Assembly (NCBI GenBank): GCA_002269645.1
Contig: NIVC01001681.1
Coordinates: 1 to 64,000, forward strand
Origin: Macrostomum lignano
Taxonomy: Eukaryota
Direction: 5' to 3'
Length of the DNA stretch: 64,000 nt
The first letter of the stretch is position 1. Each line of letters begins with the position of its first letter. Below the pieces are notes generated by a model. That model made no database searches, was not told the DNA's origin, and saw nothing but the letters and a program-made list of their open reading frames with translations. The translations under genes were made by a program, and so were the position numbers. Below are positions 23,644 to 35,608 of this stretch, in pieces.

Positions 23644-24280
23644 AATATTATACAACTTTTTTTGGATTAAAACTGTACGTTTGCTTAACGAATTCCAGAC
23701 CTGTTTGCCAGCGTAAACGTGTACCAGTTGCAGTTGTGTTGTCATTGACCCAGATTTTCATAGTCAATGCTTAATATTCATTAGGTACAGGTATTGCGGT
23801 TTCTAGCTTGTATTAAGAATAAATTCTAATTCACAAGATTAAGTCACACCTGCGGTGCTTCTTATAAGATTTAAAGTTCATGGGTCTCAGTTTCTACAAA
23901 AAATTGTCAGCATTTATCATATCATTGATAATACAGCATTGCCAAATCATACTTTTGCATAAACCATTGGAATATTCAATTTTCAGTCCTTCTGCAAGCA
24001 TTTTTGTTTAGTTTTAATCAATTTTTTCCGTACTTTGTTTCCTAACAAAACCGTTTCCAGCCAATTCAGAAATATCATTTATTGTAGTTATGGTTATCTA
24101 CTACTCTCACCGTTTATTATGGTGTACTGCGATTTTTATTGGAAAATAACACCTGGTATTAGCAGTATAATCTGACAGCATTATGCCCAATTAATTTGCT
24201 ATGTTGCACTTGTCTTTTCACAGAGTAGTGTAATGTGAGTATTTTTACCTTTAGAGTAGTAATTGGATTTTTGGTAAGGA

Positions 24281-25150
24281 TCTAGGTTGTGGGATTAGGA
24301 ATCTGGGCTGTGGGATTAGGAATCTAGGTTGTGGGATTAGGAATCTAGGCTGTGGGATTAGGAATCTAGGCTGTGGGATTAGGAATCTAGGCTGTGGGAT
24401 TAGGAATCTAGGCTGTGGGATTAGGAATCTAGGCTGTGGGATTAGGAATCTAGGTTGTGGGATTAGGAATCTAGATTATGGGATTAGGAATCTAGGTTGT
24501 AAGATTAGGAATCTAGGCTGTGAAACTAGGAATCTAGGTTGTGGGATTAGGAATCTAGGTTGTGGGATTAGGAATCTAGGTTGTGGGATTAGGGATCTAG
24601 GCTGTGGGATTAGGAATCTAGGCTGTCGGATTAGGAATCTAGGTTGTGGGATTAGGAATCTAAGTTGTGGGATTAGGAAACTAGGTTGTGGGATTAGGGA
24701 TCTAGATTATGGGATTAGGAATCTAGGTTGTAAGATTAGGAATCTAGGCTGTGAAACTAGGAATCTAGGTTGTGGGATTAGGAATCTAGGTTGTGGGATT
24801 AGGGATCTAGGCTGTGAAACTAGGAATCTAGGTTGTAAGATTAGGAATCTAGGCTGTGAAACTAGGAATCTAGGTTGTGGGATTAAGAATCTAGGTTGTG
24901 GGATTAGGAATCTAGGTTGTGGGATTAGGGATCTAGGCTGTGGGATTAGGAATCTAGGTTGTGGGATTAGGGATCTAGGCTGTGGGATTAGGAATCTAGG
25001 CTGTCGGATTAGGAATCTAGGTTGTGGGATTAGGAATCTAGGTTGTGGGATTAGGAATCTAGGTTGTGGGATTAGGAATCTAGGTTGTGGGATTAGGAAT
25101 CTAGGTTGTGGGATTAGGGATCTAGGCTGTGGGATTAGGAATCTAGGTTG
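24281..25150. repeat. 21-bp minisatellite GGATTAGGAATCTAGG(C/T)TGTG, ~41 copies
   Basis: Directly visible. ORF 24707..25237 (PRFLIPQ)n is its translation. Confidence 0.95.
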
Positions 25151-25491
25151 GGTTGTCGGGCTGGGGATCTGCTTAGTAGGACTGAGGCTCTTGACTATGG
25201 TTTGAGAATCTATGTAGGTTGTGGGATTAAAGATCAAGGTAATTAATCCAGACTATGGGAGTGAGAAACTAAAACCATGGAATCGGGACTCTCTACTTTG
25301 GGATATTTTCAAGATTTCGGTTCTAGGATTGGGATGTAGGATTTAGATTAAGAATCGGGGATCCGGACTTTCATAGTGATGATGCTGCAGGTTCTCACAG
25401 CCTGTCTCCCAATAATTCACCCGATGCCCAGTGGCCGGTCTCTGCTCAAGCTCCGCTCCGCCCGCAATTAACTCGAGTCCAGCGCTGCCCA

Positions 25492-26067
25492 ATGCCTGCC
25501 GAGGCCAGCGAGGAGGCCATCGCCCGTGGCGGCGCCACCCCGCTCGGCTCGTCCGCAGCACCCGGGACCGCCGTCGTGGCCGCAGCCGATAATGCGGACT
25601 TCTTCCTGGCCCTGGTGCTGTCCCTGCTGGCTATCGTGCTGTTTCTATTCGCCGCCCTGGTCATTGTCTGCTGTCTGTACAGGCGCTCCAGCAGCAGGCG
25701 CCAGAGGCGTCGAGAGGCCGGCGACGAGGATTACGATCCCTATTTGCACGACACCCTTGTGACGAAGAAACACGTGCCGGTGATATTTGCTGAAGAGCTG
25801 GACGACAACCGACTCTGGCCACCGGCGTCAGGGACGGCGGCGATGACGTCGGGCTCCTCCAGAGTGTCTGCTGACGGTGACGGCGGCGGCGGGCCGTTGG
25901 TGCTGCCGGAGGAGAAGCCGCCAGCTCGCATGCCCGACGATGCCGAATTGGACGGCAACGGCGGAGGCTTCGGCGGGCACGGAGGTGGCGGAGCCCGGCT
26001 GCCCGACCTGCCCGCCGGATTCGAGCGGCTGCGGTACGGCAACAAGCCGGCCCCGCCTCCGCCCTGA
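25492..26067 (+). CDS. Dystroglycan-like C-terminal region (juxtamembrane, TM helix, cytoplasmic tail), 191 aa from the first ATG; may be a 3' exon starting at acceptor 25390/25391
   Basis: A TM helix FFLALVLSLLAIVLFLFAALVIVCCLYRR is followed by KKHVPVIFAEELDD and PLVLPEEKPP, matching beta-dystroglycan KKGVPIIFADELDD and PLILQEEKAP. GC-rich codon usage matches the other exons. The frame is open upstream to 25327. Confidence 0.75.
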   Translation: MPAEASEEAIARGGATPLGSSAAPGTAVVAAADNADFFLALVLSLLAIVLFLFAALVIVCCLYRRSSSRRQRRREAGDEDYDPYLHDTLVTKKHVPVIFAEELDDNRLWPPASGTAAMTSGSSRVSADGDGGGGPLVLPEEKPPARMPDDAELDGNGGGFGGHGGGGARLPDLPAGFERLRYGNKPAPPPP

Positions 26068-26134
26068 CTGCCCGATTGCTGCTGTCTCCTAGTAGTGTCC
26101 GCGTGTGCTCTGGGGGTTGCTTGGGACTGCAGAT

Positions 26135-26302
26135 GGACAGGCAGACAGACAGGCAGAGACTAAGACAGACAGACAGACAGACAGGCAGGCAGACAGACAG
26201 ACAGACAGACACCAAGACAGACAGACAGGCAGGCAGACAGACAGACAGACAGACACCAAGACAGACAGACAGGCAGGCAGACAGACAGACAGACAGACAC
26301 TA

Positions 26303-26339
<37 letters not shown>

Positions 26340-26389
26340 CTAAGACAGACAGGCAGGCAGACAGACAGAAACTAAAACAGACAGGCATT

Positions 26390-26427
<38 letters not shown>

Positions 26428-26502
26428 GGCAGGCAGGCAGACACTAAGACAAACAGACAGACAGACACGGACACAGATAGGCAGACAGACAGACACACGG
26501 AC

Positions 26503-26544
<42 letters not shown>

Positions 26545-26580
26545 GGACAGACAGACATTTAGACAGACAGACAGACAGAC

Positions 26581-26612
<32 letters not shown>

Positions 26613-26627
26613 GGACAGACAGACATT

Positions 26628-26701
<74 letters not shown>

Positions 26702-26800
26702 GGCAGGCAGGCAGACACTAAGACAAACAGACAGACAGACACGGACACAGATAGGCAGACAGACAGACACACGGACACAGATAGGCAGACAGACAAACAG
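26135..26800. repeat. (GACA)n microsatellite with internal block duplications
   Basis: Directly visible. Confidence 0.95.
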
Positions 26801-28644
26801 AGGTGGTAGACAAACCAATCTCCAAAAACCAGCCGTTTGAAGATTTTGAAGAAGCTCATAGGATTTGATGCATTGGTTGCAAGCTTTTAATGATTGGCTT
26901 TGTTTACACAACCTTGACTGGAAACCTGTGCTTCAGAAAATAATCGCGCAAGCTGTTCAATGTGTAAAAGGAGCTAGAGGTGTCATTGATTCATTATTAG
27001 TTAAAGTGTACCATGGCTGCTTTAAGTATTTCTGCGGTTAGAAATGGTTGAGATGTACCCAGTGTATTATTAAGATATTGGTTGTCATTCTTACAATATT
27101 TATCTGTACTCACTATTATTAAATCCCCTATTTATTTGTAAATCTCAATTATTGCACGCAACTATTCGATTTTATGTGATAAAACAATTTTATTTGTTTA
27201 CATGCTCTCTCCTGACTGGTCTGCTGTTTCTTTCGCTTGTCTTTTATTGTTTCATTTATTCTTTGGCTAGAAATTGCATGCGTTTTCCGAGGGAATTCCG
27301 CGGTTTTTCCGCTTTTGTCCAAATCTATGGTTTGAATTGGTTGATTGAATTTGAAAGTGGTTTGAATTTTATGGCACAAAATAAACAGCATATCAGTTCG
27401 TCCTCGCAACGATGCTTTTAATAATACTCGTAATTGGCTTTTTTGTAGAAACAATCTGGCTGCACTGCTGGGACTGCTAGAAATTTCGGGCGAATCTTCT
27501 GTCTGGACTACTATAAGAATAGAAAATTGCAGTTAATGTGTCTTGTAGATTGTTAAGTTACATCTGGGTTTGTTAAAATGCTATAATCAGATCAAGCGCT
27601 TGAAGGGCACCTAGCAAATGCTTTTTAAAGTTAATATTCTAACTATGCTACTAGTAATATATTGGAAATAAATTTAAAGTTTCCCAGTTTATATGCAGTT
27701 AATTAATTTAAAACTAATCAATATAATCTCAAAGCAGTTTTTTCTATTTGATATATTGTGTCTAATGACATGATGCGTCACTGCTGAGCTGTTGTTCGCT
27801 TTGCCTGCTGCTGCTGTCGCCGCCTTTACCGCGATCGCTTTTGTTTTGCGTTTTAAAAGAAGAGAAATTTCGGCCAACCTGATGGGAACAAAACAGCCTT
27901 TTTTACTTGAGCTAATTTGCTTAGATAGGCTGTCTGAACGCCTGTCCACGGATGCACAGTGCTCACCTCAAGCTTTTTTATATATACATAAAAAAATACT
28001 GTTTATTTTCTTCACTCACGCAATATCTGGTGCTATATAATGAACATACTACTGTTGATCGACGCTTTCTAGTAAGTAGCGATCGAAGAGTTTTTCTCAC
28101 AATTTTAATTGCGCACGTGTCAATTATTAATTAAAATTTTGCAAAAAATACACTGTTAATCCGTCTTTATTTACTCTTTCGAACTACTTTTTTATTATTT
28201 ATTGCCTGTTGGTATAATTTTATTCATTTGTAATTAACAACGGAACGGAAGCATATTCGAAACTTTTTAATATTTTTCAAGTACATCGAGAAATTATAGA
28301 AAAAAGCGACGCGTGTTCGCGTCATTTTCACAGACTCAATAATATATATTTATCTGTTTTTAAATCCTGAAATGAAGTTCGATGGGAAAAACAAACAAAC
28401 AAACAAATAGGCACAGGGAAAGCTGCAGTGCGGCAACAGCGACAGCAAAAAATACAGATAAAGAGTACATCGAACACGATAGCTTGAATACCTTTTTTTA
28501 TGGTGAATCAGTAACTTCTGTTTATTGTTTGCTTTGATTTATAGCGTAGACATGGGATACAACCGAATAGAATGCACCAGCAAGAAAGGGCCTTCAAGTT
28601 GAAAGGAGCGGTACGCTGCTGGAAGAATGGCTATTAAAGAATTA

Positions 28645-28975
28645 GGATGGGTGCAGTGGGTTGGGTCAGTTGGGGTGGGTGCAGTGGGTTGGCTGAGTTG
28701 GGGTGGGTGAGTGGGTTGGCTGAGTTGGGGTGGGTGCAGTGGGTTGGGTCAATTGGGGTGGGTGCAGTGGGTTGGGTCAACTGGGGTGGGTGCAGTGGGT
28801 TGGGTCAATTGGGGTGGGTGCAGTGGGTTGGCTGAGTTGGGGTGGGTGCAGTGGGTTGGGTCAATTGGGGTGGGTGCAGTGGGTTGGCTGAGTTGGGGTG
28901 GGTGCAGTGGGTTGGGTCAATTGGGGCGGGTGCAGTGGGTTGGGTCAATTGGGGTGGGGGCAGTGGGTTGGGTGA
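28645..28975. repeat. 29-bp G-rich minisatellite GGGTGGGTGCAGTGGGTTGGGTCAATTGG
   Basis: Directly visible, with four or more GGG runs per unit. Confidence 0.92.
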
Positions 28976-29619
28976 AGTTCGGTGCATTGTTGAGCTTATG
29001 TTAATGTGATGTTGAACTGATCTCAATGCCGAAGGAATAATTATGGCTGGCATGACACAAAGTGGAGATGCTCCGCTCAGACACGCGTGCAAACATTGCA
29101 GCATCTTTATCTGTAGAAAATCTAGAAATCATAGAGACAATTTAGAATGTGGCGTATCACAGAAGTACATTGACCAGCAGCCTGTGGAATTAAGCTTAGT
29201 CTTACTTAAAAAACATAGCAAAACCTTGGCTCATCTCTCAATCTGCGCCACAAGGTACAAAGTTATAAATATTAGAAACACAGACGATTTTCACAAAACA
29301 GAGACTGGCTTTAAAAAACCGATAATGGTTTTTTTTCAAGAAACAAAAAATGACTAAATACAATAGAACCTACTGAGCTGATCGGGAGTAACAATGAATA
29401 AATAAAACAACAAATATTGAACAGTACACAAGAACTGATTTAAAAAGATGAACTAAAAAATGAAACTTTACGGCAGGGATGTACGTTTGCACAGTTCAAG
29501 GAGAGCGCGGTAGGAATGCAGCGGAGGGCAGACAAAAAGGCAGAGTAAGCATAAGATAGGCATAATATCAATATTGCCGGCTGGGCTTGAATTGTTGGGA
29601 GAATCGGTTCTAGGAAATA

Positions 29620-29890
29620 CGGAGATTCTGGCGGGCTGCTGTTTAGATGGGGGATATTATGGCGGGCTGCTGTTTAGATGGGGGGAGATTCTGGCGGGCT
29701 GCTGTTTAGATGGGGGGGGGAGATTATGACGGGCTGCTGTTTAGATGGGGGGGAGATTCTGGCGGGCTGCTGTTTAGATGGGGGGCGAGATTCTGGCGGG
29801 CTGCTGTTTAGATGGGGGGGCGAGATTCTGGCGGGCTGCTGTTTAGATGGGGGGGGAGATTATGACGGGCTGCTGTTTAGATGGGCGGAG
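29620..29890. repeat. ~31-33-bp minisatellite GATTCTGGCGGGCTGCTGTTTAGATGGGGGG, ~8 copies
   Basis: Directly visible, just downstream of the SLC17A9 stop. Confidence 0.9.
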
Positions 29891-29990
29891 ATTAAGGCGG
29901 GTGGCAGATATTTGCTTGGCCAATTCAAGCATGCACCGCAGCTGTAAACTAGAATCAGTGTGTAAAAGCCAGTAAGATACGAATCGCAAA

Positions 29991-32900
29991 TCAGATGATT
30001 CTCCTGCCCGAACCGAACAGCAGGTACACCAGCCAGCCAACAATGCACACCACAGCGGTCTGCTGGAACACAGCCGACCAGGATTTGGTCCACTCCAGCA
30101 AGAAGCCAACCAGGTAGACGCCAAGAAAGCCAGGCAGAGCGCCGGCCATATTCATAATGCCAAACACGGCGCCGCCGCAGTCTGGCGCCAGATCTGTCGG
30201 ATTTAATTGGACGCCGCTATTGTGAAAGCCGGAGAAAGCGACAGCGGCAGCCATGCAGGATAGGGAGGCCACATAGCCGCTGCAGTAGGGCATGAGCAGC
30301 AGGAAGAAGGCGCAGCCAAGCAGGGTGACGCTAACGATAATTTTGCGAGTAGCGGTCACGCTGATCCCGCGGCGAATCAACGCATCGGCTGTCAGGCCCG
30401 ACATCAGGGCGGAGGGCACGGTGACCAGCCAGGGCACCAGGTTGAACACCCACGACCTGGCCGTGGGGAATGTGTCGTGAAAATAAGTTGGCAACCAGGA
30501 CAACAGGATGTAATAGGCGTGCCCGTGAGCGTAGTGGCCAACTAGCATTGCCCAGAATGGCGGTGCGCGGAACAGCCGGGACCAGGGCACGTCGCGCATT
30601 GCGGCGATGGCTGCCGCTGGCGCTTTTGCTGACGAGCTGGGTGACGATGGCGGATGATGGAGGTGGTGGTGGTGCAGCTTCTGGGGCGACTTCTGCTTCT
30701 CGGAACTGGGCAAATCGATCAGCATGAGCTGGCGGGTGGCCAGGGCCCACACGAGGGTCAAGCAGCCTGCGGACAAGACAGAGTAGTGCGTGCGTTAGCT
30801 TTGTCAACTCAACAGTGCTGATCCCCATCCCATCAGTGCTGATCCCCATCCTAACAGTGCTGATCCCCATCCCATCAGTGCTGATCCCCATCCTAACAGT
30901 GCTGATCCCCATCCCAACAGTGCTGATCCTTATCCTAACAGTGCTGATCCCCATCCCATCAGTGCTGATCCCCATCCTAACAGTGCTGATCCCTATCCTA
31001 ACAGTGCTGATCCCTATCCTAACAGTGCTGATCCCTATCCTAACAGTGCTGATCCCTATCCTAACAGTGCTGATCCCTATCCTTACAGTGCTGATCCCCA
31101 TCCCAACAGTGCTGATCCCTATCCTAACAGTGCTGATCCCCATCCCATCAGTGCTGATCCCCATCCTAACAGTGCTGATCCCCATCCTAACAGTGCTGAT
31201 CCCCATCCCAACAGTGCTGATCCCTATCCTAACAGTGCTGATCCCCATCCCATCAGTGCTGATCCCCATCCTAACAGTGCTGATCCCCATCCCAACAGTG
31301 CTGATCCCTATCCTAACAGTGCTGATCCCCATCCCAACAGTGCTGATCCCTATCCTAACAGTGCTGATCCCCATCCCATCAGTGCTGATCCCCATCCTAA
31401 CAGTGCTGATCCCCATCCCAACAGTGCTGATCCCTATCCTAACAGTGCTGATCCCCATCCCATCAGTGCTGATCCCCATCCCATCAGTGCTGATCCCCAT
31501 CCCATCAGTGCTGATCCCCATCCTAACAGTGCTGATCCCCATCCTAACAGTGCTGATCCCCATCCTAACAGTGCTGATCTCCATCCTAACAGTGCTGATC
31601 CTCATCCTAAAAGTGCTGATCCCCATCCCAACAGTGCTGATCCCCATCCTAACAGTGCTGATCCCCATCCTAACAGTGCTGATCTCCATCCTAACAGTGC
31701 TGATCCCCATCCCAACAGTGCTGATCCCCATCTTAACAGTGCTGATCCTCACACCCACTAGTCGGTTACTCCTATTCCCATTAGTAAATTGCAGTTACAG
31801 GAATGCAGCTCTAACAAATTCTAATAAAAAATCTCTTACCACTCAAGATAAACGGGATTCGCCAGCCGTACAAATCCAGAATTATGCTGCCAAGACTTCC
31901 GCACAGTAAAGTGCTGCGGAAAGTTTATTAAAGGTGGAAGTAGTGTAATACTAATAGTAGTATGCATAGATTATGAAATGAGCACAACATGCTTATCTTG
32001 TGGGGAATGCAAAGCCGCAGTCCATTTAAAGTATTAGAGAATAAATCATGCCTTGACCTTAATAATACACTTTATCTATTACTGTCTGTAATATGAAATA
32101 TGATTAAGATCGTAATAGCCTAGTTGAACACATATCAGCGGGAAAATTGCAAATAAAATATTTCCAAAAGCAGTAAAAACACTCCCCCTAAATTATGGTA
32201 GCTATCATGACTCAATGCTAAACACATTTGGATAAAAAAGACAATGAATCACTTGCAATTATCGTGTGCAATCGATGTCAAATTTTTAACCTGGATGAAA
32301 ATCATGCCACTTTAGGAGTTCAGAATTCAAGGTCTAAACCACAGATACTAGAATAACTAGATATTCACTGGAAATTATAGTTGTTAAACACGTAGTGCCT
32401 ACTCTCTTTGTAAGGGCGAAAATGGGACAGGTCCAATCTGGACCTAGCTCAGCCAATGAGAGAGCAGTAAGGGGAGAGTTTAAAGTCAGACGGACAAAAC
32501 TCAGCTTAGGGGGCAGGCTCTATCTAGCTCAGCCAATGAGAGAGCAGTAAGGGGAGAGTTTAAAGCCAGACGGACGAAACTCAGCTTAGGGGGCAGGCTC
32601 TATCTAGCTCAGCCAATGAGAGAGCAGTAAGGGGAGAGTTTAAAGTCAGACGGACGAAACTCAGCTTAGGGGGCAGGCTCAATCTAGCTCAGCCAATGAG
32701 AGAGCAGTAAGGAGAGAGGAATTTCTTAGATGGCAAGGCTTATGGGGGAATTGCTTAGATGTAAAGGCTTACAAGGAGAATGGCTGAGGTTACTGCAAGG
32801 AGAAACTAAAAGTAGCTTATTCAAAAATTTGTATTTCATTCTTTGTTGGGTCCTCAACGGGGGGCACTGATTGCTAGTATATTCTAGTATCTGTGACCTT

Positions 32901-35608
32901 AAAGAAAAGCACATTAAAGTCAGGCAATAAAATTTACTTTTCAAGCAAACGCAGCCGCAACCAGGTAGCAAGACAAGTTAATTAATAACGAAATTTCACC
33001 GTAACCAAATAAATTAAACAATACGCTAATCTTCCTTACGTAAATAAAATGTGTCTGTTAAACTCAGCTGAAATTCGGTGCGATAAAGTACATAACTGTA
33101 ACTATGTATTGTTATTGTACTAATCTACGATCTAACAGTTCTATAAAACTAATGGGACATTAGCGTGTACTAATAATTATAAACTAAAATATATCGTGTT
33201 TACATAAAATCAGAAAAGCCAAATTAAGATATTTGTTAAATCCGGTGAATTCGATTTTGTATTTTATTGACAATATGTTAGTTAATTGTGCAATTTTTTG
33301 GAGGCCAATTTCCTGAAAAAATACACTACGTAGATAGGAAAAAATCATTTTTTTCATCGCAATCAATTATTGCATTTTGATCATCAATGAGACAGCGAAG
33401 ATTACCATTCCTTTAATTTAGCATGCACAGCACGTTACTCTATCGTATTTTATACAGCTGTGTAGGCAAGGTTTCATTTTCATATTATTTTCTGTATAAA
33501 TCATAAGCCCAAAGTTATAAATACTCGCCAGTGGCATTGGCTGAACTTTTTGTTTTGTTCCATCTTGAATAAACTATATTAATAATAATAATTGATTACA
33601 CCTGCCCCAATGGGCAGATGTGCAACCGACAGCTCAGCCGCAGCTATTGCGCGGCGCATCTGAAGGCTGCGTACGGCTGTTCAGTCCAAGGACTGGGGGG
33701 TCGCCACACACCCTCAATTACCCCAGCTAATGCTGGCACCCATTTTACAGCTGGGTGAACTGAAGCAATGCAGAGTTAAGTGTCTTGCTCAAGGACACAA
33801 CTGTTTCAGTGGTTTTGGAAATCGAACCCCCGACCTTCAAGTCATGAGTCCGACGCTCTAACCACTAGGCTACATCCCCAATATAAAAATATAAAATATA
33901 GCATAGTAACATGATGCGCAGGATAAATTAATAGAACGGTAATCTTCACTGCCCCAGGTCAAATGCAGTCATTGATTTTGGGATGAAAAAAAGATTTTTT
34001 TCGATCTCCGCTGTGTATTTTTCCAGGAAATTGGCCTCCAAAAATCACACGACCTTTGAGCTTTACGTCCTGTTATACTACAGTGGTCCTTGTGTCAGAC
34101 ATGTCCATTCTCAATGCCCATCAATTAACTGCTCCATCAATTTTACTTAAATTCAATTTAAATTCGCGCCAAAATGAGGGATTACCCACTGTTTAAACAA
34201 CAATTTAAATCATAGGAGATACATTTCCAAGCTGAACAATGTAGTTTAGGAAGTGCAAAGGTACTTTTACAGTGTTTAAAGGCGGCTTAGCAATTTTAGC
34301 TCTATATTGGCGCAAATTTAAATTGAGTTTAATTAAACAAACGCATCTATAGGTTCAGTCCCGATATGTAGTGTGGTAATCAATTATAGATAATAATTAT
34401 CACCCAGCCTAATACCGGTTTAGTTAGTCTAGATAGAACTGCCATAAATACAATATCTAGTTAAGATTAATGAATTTGAAAGCTCGTAGCGTACAAAATT
34501 ATATACTTAAAATACTTGGGTTTACTTGGCTTTTGGCCAAGATCAATCGCTCACCCAACGTGGGCTCCGGCCGCTTGAAATGCAAACGTAGTGCCGCGAT
34601 CCTTCAAGCCGACCCGGTGCGACATCAGACTGCCAACGGCCGGATTGTGAAAGCCCTGGCAAGCGCCTTGGACAACTCGGGCAGCCAAGATGGCTGTCAG
34701 CAGGGTGCGATGATTCTCAGTCAGGGCCGGCAAGAACGGGATGAACAGGGTGACGCCGGCCCAGCCGTAGGCGGCCGCCACCACGACACGCTCGCCACCC
34801 TGTCGGTGAGTAAGCAAAATTTTCTTTATTCAAAATCCTGTAGCAAAATTTTTACTCGTAACTTTTAAGGTGACGAGGCACTTTAGCATCGAAACGGGGT
34901 CATAGTTACTCGGATTGTTTACCCAATTTGTCTAATTATAGTAGCAGTTTAGATGACGAGGCACTTTAGAATCGAAATAGAGTCATAGCTACTCGGGCCG
35001 TTTACCCGATTTGTCTAATTAAAGTAGCAGTTTAGATGACGAGGCACTTTAGCATCGAAACGGAGTCATAGTTACTCGGACCGTTTACCCAATTTGTCTA
35101 ATTAAAGTAGCAGTTTAGATGACGAGGCACTTTGGCATCTAAATAGTCATAGCTATTCGGGCCGTTTACCTATCTTAAAAAATACATAATTTTCAAATTT
35201 CACCTTAGTATCAGCCAGATAGCCGCCAAGAAACTGCGTGGCCATGTAGCCCCAGAAGAAGACGCCAAGAGCGGCCCCAGTCTCCTTCTTATTCCAGGAC
35301 AGCTCCATGCTGATGGACACGGCGCACACAGGAGTCACAGTGCGGGCGATAAAAAGAGCAGCCTGGCCAGCGAACAGGCACCACATCCAGCGTAATCGTT
35401 CAGCATAGGACCACTGCATACAGCGCTCCTCCTTGCCTAGCAGGTCGACATCTGATTGCTTGTCAGCCAATGCATGTACCAATGGCATGGTAATGCCACT
35501 GTTGATGATGCTGCTGGTACTGCTACTGCTGCTGCTTTTGTCTCTAGAGCAGTCACTGGTCAGAGCAGACTGTACTGGCACAGTTGCTGCCGTTGCTTCA
35601 TTCTCCAT
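29991..35608 (-). CDS. SLC17A9: SLC17A9-like vesicular nucleotide transporter (MFS); complement(join(29991..30766,31840..31913,34555..34799,35204..35608)), 499 aa
   Basis: Four GT-AG exons join in frame (phases 0,2,1). Motifs: FFWGYMATQFLGGYLAD-GGERV, TLLCGSLGSIILDLYGW (a 74-nt exon absent from the ORF track), ILLSWLPTYFHDTFP, FSGFHNSGVQLNPTDLAP, GAVFGIMNMAGALPGFLGVYLVG. Confidence 0.9.
30814..31750. repeat. 21-bp minisatellite CAGTGCTGATCCCCATCC(T/C)AA, ~44 copies, SLC17A9 intron 3
   Basis: Directly visible. It explains ORFs 30331..31758 and 30815..31909. Confidence 0.95.
32443..32715. repeat. 80-bp tandem repeat x3.4 containing AGCCAATGAG (CCAAT box-like), SLC17A9 intron 2
   Basis: CTAGCTCAGCCAATGAG occurs at 32444, 32524, 32604 and 32684. 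Confidence 0.9.
33290..34048. mobile_element. MITE-like element with ~95-bp imperfect inverted repeats, hosting a SINE
   Basis: GAGGCCAATTTCCTGAAAAAATACAC...TTTTTTCATC (33300-33385) is mirrored by GATGAAAAAAAG...GTGTATTTTTCCAGGAAATTGGCCTC (33960-34040). Confidence 0.65.
33578..33879 (-). mobile_element. tRNA-derived SINE with a CORE/MIR-like central domain
   Basis: The minus strand reads GGGGATGTAGCCTAGTGGTTAGAGCG (A box) ... GGTTCGATTTCC (B box), then GTGTCCTTGAGCAAGACACTTAAC...CAGCTGTAAAATGGG, which resembles the MIR core, then an (ATT)n tail. Confidence 0.8.
34867..35172. repeat. 83-bp tandem repeat x3.7 (TAGATGACGAGGCACTTTAGCATCGAAAC..GCCGTTTACCC) filling SLC17A9 intron 1; a dispersed monomer lies at 36718-36775
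   Basis: GATGACGAGGCAC recurs at about 34870, 34952, 35035 and 35118, plus a related single copy at 36718. Confidence 0.88.

Noticed and set aside
30331-31909. 475-aa and 364-aa repeat ORFs
   Set aside because: Translations of the 21-bp satellite in SLC17A9 intron 3.
33815-33879. tRNA gene candidates (also 56210-56273)
   Set aside because: A/B boxes are present but there is no complete acceptor stem, and the first continues into a SINE body. Both are called SINE heads, not tRNAs.
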